25,492 nt of DNA from positions 1 to 25,492 of the IMG/VR virus record IMGVR_UViG_3300027627_000218; one strand, 5' to 3'. Positions 7,711 through 15,821 of this stretch are shown here, piece after piece. The translations under genes and the position numbers were made by a program. The notes below the pieces were generated by a model. That model made no database searches and was not told the DNA's origin. It saw only the letters and a program-made list of their open reading frames with translations. Source of the stretch: a virus (lineage: Duplodnaviria; Caudoviricetes). The stretch's first letter is position 1; every line of letters begins with the position of its first letter.

Positions 7711-7994
7711 CAGCTGCAAACTATCAACAAATAGTATCGGGCAAGCCGCACTTAGATGCTAGGATAGCGCTACAAGAGGCCGCCTCGTCCATTCACGTTA
7801 GACTCGTGGAACGTAAGCACTGGCTTACACAACCAGTGACAATTGAATTTGTGCAGACTCTTGCCAGTCTTAGGCAGGATATAGAACAATCTGCGAAAGC
7901 ATTCGCATTATCTGGTGATAATAATGAATGCGCAAGGAAGATGGTAGAGTTAGCAACGATAGACAAAATAACAACAATACTGAAAAATGGCTGA
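7707..7994 (+). CDS. hypothetical protein between portal and scaffold
   Basis: ATGA overlap with the portal stop and overlap with the next start; a common syntenic slot. Confidence 0.75.
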   Translation: MTAANYQQIVSGKPHLDARIALQEAASSIHVRLVERKHWLTQPVTIEFVQTLASLRQDIEQSAKAFALSGDNNECARKMVELATIDKITTILKNG

Positions 7995-9078
7995 TATATT
8001 CGACAATGCAATTAGTGATGGTTTTGCCGCGCAAGGTTTAAGTTCTACGGCTGCTCCTGCTAGTGTCACATCCGCACCAGCAGGGCCAGCTCCTATTGTA
8101 GACACAACGCCACCACAGTTAACAACGCCTACGATTGAACCATCTGTAGCGCCCGCTCCAAAGCTAGACCTTGGGTCTGATGATAAAGTATCCATTGATG
8201 ATTTCAAGGATGCCTTCTCTAAGACTCAAGTTAGACCAGATGGCCAGACACCAAGGGCAGAATCCATGGAGTCTAGGGATGGTGTTCTTACGGAGCTAAT
8301 GATACCGAAAGAGCAGTGGCCCTTATTCAGGAAGATGGGTAATGAATCCTTTAATCATGTTAAGGAAATCATTAAGCAACAGCGCGTTACAGAGGGTGAA
8401 CTGGCTACCCTAAAGAAGGCACCGCAGCAATCTAACACGCTACCTGCTAGTTATTATGAGCATGAGGATGGCTACACGCTACATCCTGAGGTGCGCAAGG
8501 CACAGGCTACAGCGCAGCAGGCTAACTATGAATTGCAACATTGGCAACAGCAGTTCATGAAGATAGAAGCTGGTGATGACTGGCAAGACTTGGACATAGA
8601 TGCTAAGGGTCAGTATGTCACCAAGGAGATGCAATCTTCGTCGCAAGCTAAGCTGGCTGTGTTAGGTTATTTGCAACAGGCCAAGCAGATATTGGGCGAG
8701 CAGTCTCAGTATGTGAATAACGTAAAGTCCAACTGGAAGCAATATCATCAGCAATATGTGAACGGATTTAAGCAAGCTGAGGATAGCTATTTCCCCCAGT
8801 ATGTAAAGTCTGCAGATAACCCATACATCAATACGATGCATAAGTTACTTGCTGAGAAGGGTCAGGGAACTAATCCACTGTCTGGCATGTTTGCTAAGAT
8901 GTATGCCTTTACGATGGAGCAAAAGGCCGAGCTGGATTCCATGAAACAAGCTAGGGCCGCTACAAAGGTAAATGCGCAGCCGCCATCTAGCGCGTTTAAT
9001 GGTAGTGCTGTTGGTCACACAGGCGACGATGATAAGGTGTCTGTTGATATGTTTAAGCAGGTATTAGCGCGTCGGTAA
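7987..9078 (+). CDS. putative capsid scaffolding protein
   Basis: Directly upstream of the capsid gene; Pro/Ala-rich disordered N-terminus; Q-rich coiled coils. Confidence 0.75.
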   Translation: MADIFDNAISDGFAAQGLSSTAAPASVTSAPAGPAPIVDTTPPQLTTPTIEPSVAPAPKLDLGSDDKVSIDDFKDAFSKTQVRPDGQTPRAESMESRDGVLTELMIPKEQWPLFRKMGNESFNHVKEIIKQQRVTEGELATLKKAPQQSNTLPASYYEHEDGYTLHPEVRKAQATAQQANYELQHWQQQFMKIEAGDDWQDLDIDAKGQYVTKEMQSSSQAKLAVLGYLQQAKQILGEQSQYVNNVKSNWKQYHQQYVNGFKQAEDSYFPQYVKSADNPYINTMHKLLAEKGQGTNPLSGMFAKMYAFTMEQKAELDSMKQARAATKVNAQPPSSAFNGSAVGHTGDDDKVSVDMFKQVLARR

Positions 9079-9095
9079 TTATTAGTGATACCAAA

Positions 9096-9135
9096 CAGGA
9101 GCTATGTTAATCTGTAAGGGTTGGCATAGTTCCTG
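9096..9135 (+). terminator. 17-bp hairpin after the scaffold gene, overlapping the capsid promoter
   Basis: CAGGAGCTATGTTAATC pairs with GGTTGGCATAGTTCCTG using G-U pairs (plus strand only); pyrimidine tract follows. Confidence 0.55.
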
Positions 9136-9137
9136 CT
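9122..9137 (+). promoter_or_regulatory. sigma-54-type -24/-12 promoter for the capsid gene
   Basis: TGGCAT-AGTTCC-TGCT in the largest intergenic gap of the structural arm. Confidence 0.75.
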
Positions 9138-9261
9138 CTCTTTGCTATTGAGTTCTTCTGGAGACTGACTCAATCCAAATTTCTTTTGCCTCTTCTTTGT
9201 GCTTAGGGCAGCACGCGATATTAGAACTGTTCTAATGTCAAACAATTAACTAAAAACTAAT

Positions 9262-10551
9262 ATGCCCAATAGTATTAATGACAATATCGGAGCAGGATTG
9301 TGGTCTGAGCAAGATGTTGCTCTGTATAACAAGCTGGATTTTTATCTGGCTAAACAGCAGGTTGAATTCTTCCCTCAGTGGGAGACGTATGGTAAGTTGC
9401 TCAGTTCTCAGCGCTGGACTCCTAACATGGGTTCAGTGATGAAGGGTGTGCATAAAGAACCCGCTCCAGTTCTTCGTAACATGTTCTTCCCGAACTTGCT
9501 TACGGTAGACCCAAAGAAGGATGTTATCGAAGTTCGTGAGAATGCGCAATCTGCGCGTCTTCACTGGCATCGCTTCGAGAGTCAGCTGTTGGATGTTACG
9601 CCGTCGTTTCAGGACTTCCTGACTGATAGCGTTACTGCCGCGAATGAAGATATTGCTCGCAAGGTTAAGGTTGCCGAGGATATGTTCTATCGCACTTACC
9701 TGTTCCATGCTTCTCCATTTGTTTGGATTGCTGGCAAGACTGGTGGAACGGCGGAGTTGACTGCTGCCACTCACATCGCTGGTAGCGTTGCCGCTGCTGG
9801 TCTTACTGAAGCTAAGAACACAGCTGAAGTTCAAGCGTTAGTTGCGCTTGTTGGTGCTGGCGTTGCCGGTGGGCTTTCGCTCAAGCAGCTTGCTAAACTT
9901 AGCACCGTTATGACCACAGACCTCGAAGCTACCTATTACGAAGGTTCTGCTAGCCAGGAGGTTGATGAAGGTTTGAAGGGTAAGTATTGTCTTGTTACCT
10001 CTGGTGAGGTTTGGGATAACTTCCAATTCGACCCGTTCCTTCTCGCTAATCGCCAGATTAACTTGGACCTTGTCACGGGTAAGTTCCGTGGTAGTTTCTT
10101 CGGACGCTGGACGACTATGCTTGAACGCTTCCCTATTCGCATTAAGGCGGATGGAACTATTCCTGCTCCTCAGGTTGTCGAAACGGATTCTGCTAAACAT
10201 GATTTTGGCGAGACTAAGCCTAATCCTGCATACACCGCTGCGCCTTTCGAGGTTAGCTTCGCGTTCGGTTCGGATGGTTATAAGAAGTTGGAAGTCGGAC
10301 CGCCGCCTGCTGCGTTTGCTAAGGGTGAGATGTCCATGAAGGACTTCCGTGGATTGCAGTGGAATGGTATGACTCGTATCACCAAGGATATCCTTGTGAA
10401 GACGCGCGATGAGAACAATGATATTGTTCTTGACACTAACAAGTATGGCCATAAGCTGCAACTCATCTCTGAGTTGACTATGGGTATCTGCCCTACTCGT
10501 CGCCGTAATGTGATTCCTGTTATCTATCGCCGTCTGCGCGCAGGTGAGTAA
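9262..10551 (+). CDS. major capsid protein
   Basis: 429 aa after portal and scaffold; strong high-expression codon bias (CGT/CGC, AAG, TTC, GCT, GTT); own promoter and downstream hairpin. Confidence 0.85.
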   Translation: MPNSINDNIGAGLWSEQDVALYNKLDFYLAKQQVEFFPQWETYGKLLSSQRWTPNMGSVMKGVHKEPAPVLRNMFFPNLLTVDPKKDVIEVRENAQSARLHWHRFESQLLDVTPSFQDFLTDSVTAANEDIARKVKVAEDMFYRTYLFHASPFVWIAGKTGGTAELTAATHIAGSVAAAGLTEAKNTAEVQALVALVGAGVAGGLSLKQLAKLSTVMTTDLEATYYEGSASQEVDEGLKGKYCLVTSGEVWDNFQFDPFLLANRQINLDLVTGKFRGSFFGRWTTMLERFPIRIKADGTIPAPQVVETDSAKHDFGETKPNPAYTAAPFEVSFAFGSDGYKKLEVGPPPAAFAKGEMSMKDFRGLQWNGMTRITKDILVKTRDENNDIVLDTNKYGHKLQLISELTMGICPTRRRNVIPVIYRRLRAGE

Positions 10552-10628
10552 GGAGAGGTTGTTGTAGAGACATGGTTTCGGGTCGTTCCAGTCAAAAACG
10601 GCCCACTTTATATTTCTCTTAACTTTCC
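10552..10628 (+). terminator. extended hairpin after the capsid stop (terminator, stabiliser or processing site)
   Basis: Nested stems GGAGAGGTT/AACTTTCC, AGAGACATGG/TTATATTTCT and GGGTCGTT/AACGGCCC. Confidence 0.55.
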
Positions 10629-10644
10629 GTATCTGATTCATAAT

Positions 10645-10893
10645 ATGCCAGACAGAACAGAATACAACCCAGACAGCCTAGACGCCGTTCTTGCGCGTTT
10701 TGAATCTAAATTTGATGCTCATGTTAGTAATACTGAGATTTATCATAGAGATATGAAGACTAGCGTAGAATCAATAAACTCGCGTGTGAGTGAGCTTGAA
10801 GGCGACAAAAAGAAATTATTAGGCATAGCCATTGGTTCTGGTATTGGAGCCGGAGGATTGGTTCATGTCATTAGTAAATTTTTCGGTGCGTAG
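10645..10893 (+). CDS. holin/hemolysin-like membrane protein
   Basis: Coiled-coil N-terminus and one C-terminal Gly-rich transmembrane segment. Confidence 0.55.
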   Translation: MPDRTEYNPDSLDAVLARFESKFDAHVSNTEIYHRDMKTSVESINSRVSELEGDKKKLLGIAIGSGIGAGGLVHVISKFFGA

Positions 10894-10908
10894 TAAACAA
10901 ATAAACAT

Positions 10909-11112
10909 ATGAAAAACTCAAGTTGGAAAACTACGGCGGCTGGTGTAAGTGCTATTGTTGCGGCCATTGCAGGTGCTTGTAGCCTGATGTTTGATGGTAA
11001 CAGCCTGACGAATCCTGATTGGACTTCTGTCATTGCTGCTGTCACTGCTGGCATCGGCCTAATCATGGCTCGCGACAACGACAAGAGCAGCGAGGATGTT
11101 AACTCTAAATAA
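10909..11112 (+). CDS. putative holin (2 TM)
   Basis: 67 aa, WKTT start, two hydrophobic segments, charged C-terminal tail. Confidence 0.65.
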   Translation: MKNSSWKTTAAGVSAIVAAIAGACSLMFDGNSLTNPDWTSVIAAVTAGIGLIMARDNDKSSEDVNSK

Positions 11113-11114
11113 CA

Positions 11115-11396
11115 ATGCCAGCGACTGTTATATCAAAATCTGTTAATCTGAGCGTTGGCAGAGGTGAGAAATCAAGCACTGGTGGATTAACTGCTAAAGG
11201 CAGGGCCAGGTATAATAATGCAACCGGAAGCAATCTTAAACCTCCAGTGAGTGCAAAGCAAGCTGCTAGAAGCCCCTCTGATGCTGGTCGTAGGAAGTCC
11301 TTTTGTGCTAGAATGTCTGGCGTTGATGGGCCTATGAAAAAGCCTAATGGAGAGCCTACTAGAAAAGCGTTGGCTTTGAGAAAGTGGGATTGCTAG
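11115..11396 (+). CDS. DUF6321-like basic phage protein
   Basis: Recognised pattern GGLTAKGR..YN..TGSNLKPP...RRKSFCARM...RKW.C. Confidence 0.75.
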   Translation: MPATVISKSVNLSVGRGEKSSTGGLTAKGRARYNNATGSNLKPPVSAKQAARSPSDAGRRKSFCARMSGVDGPMKKPNGEPTRKALALRKWDC

Positions 11397-11704
11397 TGAT
11401 AACAGCAATCATCAGTTTGATTGCTACTGTCTTTGGTTTTGTGGTGTGGCTTATTAAGCGGAAGGCCGCGAACGATGAATTGCCGGGAACGATATTAAAG
11501 AAATATGAAGACGAAGCTCGCAAGATTATCGCTGATGGTGGCGATGTTAATGTTGCTCTTGACGAGCGGTTGCGTGCGCTTAACCGTAATACCAGCAGAC
11601 AAAGCAGTCTCATGGCTGGAGAAGGGTCAAAAGGCACCGCAGAGTGGATACCTAGTTCCGAAAGCGCGGATGCTGGAGATACTGGACGGGCTGGGAAAAC
11701 GTGA
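11396..11704 (+). CDS. putative i-spanin (Rz-like)
   Basis: GTG overlapping the upstream TAG (the track starts it at 11384); N-terminal TM then charged helical domain; overlaps a lipoprotein ORF. Confidence 0.65.
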   Translation: MITAIISLIATVFGFVVWLIKRKAANDELPGTILKKYEDEARKIIADGGDVNVALDERLRALNRNTSRQSSLMAGEGSKGTAEWIPSSESADAGDTGRAGKT

Positions 11705-11726
11705 AGTTGAAACTCGGCCGAAATAA
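11505..11726 (+). CDS. putative o-spanin lipoprotein (Rz1-like)
   Basis: Signal peptide II with lipobox LTSG-C; in the +1 frame of the TM protein. Confidence 0.7.
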   Translation: MKTKLARLSLMVAMLMLLLTSGCVRLTVIPADKAVSWLEKGQKAPQSGYLVPKARMLEILDGLGKREVETRPK

Positions 11727-11731
11727 ATATT

Positions 11732-13708
11732 ATGGCTGTTGATACATTTACAAATTGGCTTAAATTCACGCCTGCAAATCTACAGGGTTATCGAAAGACC
11801 TATGTAGAATTGCCTGCGTTTAGCTATACAAACGTAGCACCAGCGATAGCTAGTGTTATAGTGACTCAATTTAATTTCGCGGCCAGTAAGAACTTTATAT
11901 TACTTAATCGCCCTGCTAAACCAGAAGGTGTTAACTATGGTTTATGTATCCGATTTAGGGTTGGTGAGACTGTCACACGCTATAAGCTGTGGCAAGATGA
12001 TGCTTTTGTATTGAATGACGATGGTGCGCCTTTGTATACGAATCAGACGATTAAGAAGAACTTTGTATTAGAAGTGTGGAGTTTTGCTAATGAGACGGTG
12101 GTTACACAAGCTACGGCTATCCGTATGCTTAGTTCTGTTCGTGTTATACCTACGGATATAAGAGTTGCTACTCCATATGCTTTAGCTGATGGTGCTGAAT
12201 TTAATGCGCTGGCTAATATTGACCCCACGTTACCCGCTGGCGTTGCTCATCGCTGGACTAACTTTAGCACCGCTGCTGGTAAGACAGATGTTATCGGCGG
12301 TCGTATATTGGTTGAAACAAGTATTCAGTATGTGTTCTTTAATTCACTGTCTAATATCAGCATCGTCGAGGACGGCAGTTTGGTATTACACAATAGTCGC
12401 GTATCCCTTGCGGGTGCTAGCGAAGTTTCTACCGGCAACAGCGGCAGCCTAAATAATCGGCGCTCGCCTCTGGTCGCTAGCACCGCCACGCAGCTGGACG
12501 GCAATTTAGTATTAAATAATCGTAAGCTTACGATTGCGAGTGTTGACTCCGCAATATCTACAGGAGCATCTGGAATCTTGACCTTCGGAGGCGCACCAGC
12601 AATAGTCACGTTCAGTCCAGTTAGCGATACAATCGTGCCCGCCAGTGGAAATTTAGTAATCACTTTGACCAGCAACGCCGGCGCGACTATTCACTGCACA
12701 ATTGATGGAAGCGATGTGACAGCGGGAGGAGCGTCAGTCATCAGTGGTGCATCCGGTTTAACAGTAACTATATTCTCAGGGCAGGATGCAGTAATTTTTG
12801 CTAGGGCTGAGTTGGATGGTGAGTTCAGCGCAGTTACCACGGCCGTATATGCTCCTGTTGACCAACTTACTCCAGTTATATTCAGCCCCGCTACTGGTGC
12901 ATCTACCCCTGTCAATGTGGCGTTGACTGGCGAAGCTCAGACAACCATATACTACTCAACAGACGCGGGTGCTGTGGCGCCGTCCGCTGGTCTGACACCA
13001 GCATCTCCGTGGGTTCTTTACTCATCGCCTATCGCTATTGCAGCTACCTCTGCGTTATTGGCGCAGGCTCGTTCGCATCCGACTAAGCTAGACAGCATTG
13101 TTTCAACAGCAGCGTATGGGCTTGCTCCGAATACAATCAAGGTAGTATATGTTCGAAAGAATGTTGACCGCGTCGGGTCGTGGGGTGTTTTTACTGCTAA
13201 TAATGACCCGACAGATGTTCAGTTTAACTTCTTCGCTAACTTCCCAACAACGAAGACAATACATTGTATTTCGTTTATTGACGCCAATGCACCCGTTAAC
13301 GGGTGGTCAACGTGGCAGTGGTATACTGATGTTTCAGTCGGAAATGGGACGTCACCTGACTTCAACCACGGTGGCGGAGTCTTCCCGCTTGTTATTGATA
13401 AAGGAGGCGTTCAGTTGAATTTCGCCCATTTTGCGCCAGTTAGTTCGCTGACTCTCTCAGGACAAGTCCGGCCGGGAATGCCTCAGCCAGCCACTTGGGT
13501 TCCAGCCTCTGGCGGGTATAACAATGACGCGACAAGTCCTCGTGGAGATCTCGGTAATTACACTGGTCTGGTGAATTTCGCGCTGTATGGGAGTAACAAT
13601 TCAAGTGCATGGATTTCCAACGGAAAGACGATGAAACTTATCGTTTATGCATCGGACGTTGGCGGTTCAGTGGTGACACGTTATATTGATACTGTGACCA
13701 TTCCTTAA
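11732..13708 (+). CDS. virion/tail protein with two Fn3-associated (chitobiase C-terminal-like) Ig domains
   Basis: Two repeats of FSP..G....V.LT......I(H/Y).(T/S).DG; beta-rich T/S/A/G composition. Confidence 0.7.
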   Translation: MAVDTFTNWLKFTPANLQGYRKTYVELPAFSYTNVAPAIASVIVTQFNFAASKNFILLNRPAKPEGVNYGLCIRFRVGETVTRYKLWQDDAFVLNDDGAPLYTNQTIKKNFVLEVWSFANETVVTQATAIRMLSSVRVIPTDIRVATPYALADGAEFNALANIDPTLPAGVAHRWTNFSTAAGKTDVIGGRILVETSIQYVFFNSLSNISIVEDGSLVLHNSRVSLAGASEVSTGNSGSLNNRRSPLVASTATQLDGNLVLNNRKLTIASVDSAISTGASGILTFGGAPAIVTFSPVSDTIVPASGNLVITLTSNAGATIHCTIDGSDVTAGGASVISGASGLTVTIFSGQDAVIFARAELDGEFSAVTTAVYAPVDQLTPVIFSPATGASTPVNVALTGEAQTTIYYSTDAGAVAPSAGLTPASPWVLYSSPIAIAATSALLAQARSHPTKLDSIVSTAAYGLAPNTIKVVYVRKNVDRVGSWGVFTANNDPTDVQFNFFANFPTTKTIHCISFIDANAPVNGWSTWQWYTDVSVGNGTSPDFNHGGGVFPLVIDKGGVQLNFAHFAPVSSLTLSGQVRPGMPQPATWVPASGGYNNDATSPRGDLGNYTGLVNFALYGSNNSSAWISNGKTMKLIVYASDVGGSVVTRYIDTVTIP

Positions 13709-13748
13709 ACAAGTAAACAAACAAGTAAACAAACAAGTAAACAAACAA
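13707..13748. repeat. 12-bp tandem repeat AAACAAGTAAAC x3.5
   Basis: Read directly; fills almost the whole intergenic gap. Confidence 0.95.
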
Positions 13749-13753
13749 AACCT

Positions 13754-14155
13754 ATGGCTGCATCTAACTATCTCGAAAATAAAATCCGCGACCACATTCA
13801 CGGCGTTGCTGCCTATACGGCGCCAGCTAACGTCTATTTCGGCCTGCACACGGCCAACCCCGGCGAGGATGGCAATACTGGCGAAGTTGCTACCGCTTCT
13901 TATGCACGGGCAGCTTATGTAAACACCACTGCCGGATGGAATACGTCAGCCCTTGGCGCGTCTACAAATAAGATTTCAGTTCGGTTTCCAGATGCTCTTG
14001 AGAGCTGGGGCACTGTTACGCACTACTCAAAGTGGGATGCTTTCACAGGTGGAAATTGTCTTGAATATGGCAGCTTGGCAGGTGGAGGCACACTTATCAA
14101 TAGCGGAGATGTCCCACGTTTTAGCATTGGCGATGTCTCTGAATCAGTGGAGTGA
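13754..14155 (+). CDS. small tail/fibre-associated structural protein
   Basis: Widespread phage pattern SNYLENK...VYFGLHTANPG...SYAR...FP....WGTVTH...WDA..GGN.L. Confidence 0.75.
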   Translation: MAASNYLENKIRDHIHGVAAYTAPANVYFGLHTANPGEDGNTGEVATASYARAAYVNTTAGWNTSALGASTNKISVRFPDALESWGTVTHYSKWDAFTGGNCLEYGSLAGGGTLINSGDVPRFSIGDVSESVE

Positions 14156-14769
14156 CGTATTGGTGGGTTGTAACAGTCTCATACTTTATGATACCTATTA
14201 CATATAATGCAGCAGATGCTACCTTCTTGCGAGGATATGCTAAGTATGAGACTGACTCTAACAAATTGTCGGTATCTGTTCCCGGCACTTGGAATGCGTT
14301 CACTGCATATATTGTGTTCTCTGTTACACCGCTTGCTCCTTCGATGAATCACTGGTTGTTGCACACACCATTAGTTGCTAGTAATTTTGGAAATACAAAT
14401 AAGGTTAGAAATGGGCGGAACGCATTTTATGATTTAACTATACCTAATACTGGTGCACATATCATTAAGATAGCGAAAGTGCTCAATGGTAATTTGTATG
14501 GAAGGATTGATGAGTTAGCTGGTTTGAACTGCGCCGCCGCCGTCGCATCTACATCAACCATGACAATCCAATTAGGCTTAACATCTGGTTATGATACTAC
14601 TAGCGGCACGATAAAGATAGCAGAAGTTATATTCTTTAAGGATGCTTCGTTTGTGGATGGTGATGCAAATGATGTTCAAGCTTTGCAGTATCTTAGGTGG
14701 TATCATTTTGGTGACTTACCTTTACCTCTTATGTTTAATGCAGGTGGTCCTTGGTTAGATAACGTATAA
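14152..14769 (+). CDS. putative tail protein, lectin/LamG-like beta-sandwich (start 14152 or 14188)
   Basis: GTGA overlap with the upstream stop; C-terminal IAEVIFF...QYL..Y pattern of LamG-like domains. Confidence 0.55.
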   Translation: MTYWWVVTVSYFMIPITYNAADATFLRGYAKYETDSNKLSVSVPGTWNAFTAYIVFSVTPLAPSMNHWLLHTPLVASNFGNTNKVRNGRNAFYDLTIPNTGAHIIKIAKVLNGNLYGRIDELAGLNCAAAVASTSTMTIQLGLTSGYDTTSGTIKIAEVIFFKDASFVDGDANDVQALQYLRWYHFGDLPLPLMFNAGGPWLDNV

Positions 14770-14773
14770 AATT

Positions 14774-15820
14774 ATGAAGAACAAACAATTTATCATTGGC
14801 GCTGTTTGCGCTGCAACAGTTATAGTAACGGTCGCTGCTGACTATGACCTTAATAAGGGCATTGACATGACAGGCTCAACATCTGTCACAGCTGCCAAGC
14901 TAAATCAGCTTGTTGATAATGCTACAGTTGCGGCCAATAAGGGCATGCTAATATATACAAATGGCGCGCCAAGCGTTGTAGCTAATCCGCGCTTCTCACG
15001 TTTCATCTGGATGAATTCTAGCTTTGACCCGCCCCGGCCTTTTACTTATAAAACGAACGGAGCATATTGGACTAACGTGACGGCGATATCTCCTATCGAA
15101 GTGGGCAGCGTGGTGACTGCTAGCATTGCAGATGCCGCTGTTACTTCGGCCAAGCTTGCGACTAATTCTGTTACAGATGTTAAGATATTGGCTGGCGCTA
15201 TTACATCCGCTAAATATGCTGCTGGTAGCATTAGTAATACACACATCGCAGGGCTTACAATTAGAGGCACTAACTTGGCCACTGGCACTATCCTTGCTAC
15301 TAATTTGTCGCAGATAGGTGGCGTTGCATTTCAAACTCTGCGTATCAATGCTGCCGCAAGCGGAGTTGAGTGGCAAAATGGTGGCACTATTCAGTATACT
15401 AATGTTACGATTTCTACTGTTGTTGATTGTAATACGATCATACCGGTTGATAATACAATTCCTACAATTACTGAGGGTGTCCAAGTTCTTACTACAACTT
15501 TCACGCCGCGTAGTCTATCTAGCAAACTTAAACTGGAGTTTGTGCTCACAGGCACAGCTAGTTCTAATCAAATAACAACCGCGACACTTCACATAAATGG
15601 AGCGTCTGCTTCTTATGCAGTATCTTGCGGGGCTAATGTTAGTTCTATGCAACTTGTTGGCTGTTATACTATCAATTCAGGTAGTCTGGCGGCAAAGACT
15701 ATTACTATTCGCGCTGGCCCTAGCGGACTTGGTAGTTTCTATGTTAATGGTAATAGTGCTGGGGCTGGCCTGTATGGTGGTGTTTGCTATTCTTCTCTTA
15801 CCATTACAGAAATATACTAA
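14774..15820 (+). CDS. tail fibre protein with signal-peptide-like N-terminus
   Basis: VTAAKLNQLVDNAT anchor motif; decapeptide shaft repeats (IADAAVTSAK, LATNSVTDVK, ILAGAITSAK); C-terminal beta-rich head. Confidence 0.8.
   Translation: MKNKQFIIGAVCAATVIVTVAADYDLNKGIDMTGSTSVTAAKLNQLVDNATVAANKGMLIYTNGAPSVVANPRFSRFIWMNSSFDPPRPFTYKTNGAYWTNVTAISPIEVGSVVTASIADAAVTSAKLATNSVTDVKILAGAITSAKYAAGSISNTHIAGLTIRGTNLATGTILATNLSQIGGVAFQTLRINAAASGVEWQNGGTIQYTNVTISTVVDCNTIIPVDNTIPTITEGVQVLTTTFTPRSLSSKLKLEFVLTGTASSNQITTATLHINGASASYAVSCGANVSSMQLVGCYTINSGSLAAKTITIRAGPSGLGSFYVNGNSAGAGLYGGVCYSSLTITEIY
15283..15298 (+). promoter_or_regulatory. sigma-54-type promoter candidate (intragenic)
   Basis: TGGCAC-TATCC-TTGCT consensus match, about 520 nt upstream of the adaptor gene; could arise from G-T-I-L-A codons. 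Confidence 0.35.
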
Positions 15821-15821
15821 T

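Noticed and set aside
9187-9214. H-type pseudoknot in the capsid leader
   Set aside because: The third loop would have no nucleotides; treated as alternative pairings instead.
10530-10625. Capsid frameshift or read-through extension, or a gene behind the SD-like TAAGGAG
   Set aside because: No slippery heptamer; downstream frames close quickly; the sequence is part of a hairpin.
9838-10641. 267-aa antisense ORF over the capsid gene, and similar shadow ORFs throughout the structural arm
   Set aside because: Explained by codon bias of the sense gene; no motifs or plausible leaders.
15597-15821. 75-aa N-terminal extension of the adaptor in the ORF track
   Set aside because: Overlaps the fibre gene; the ATG at 15822 right after the stop fits better.
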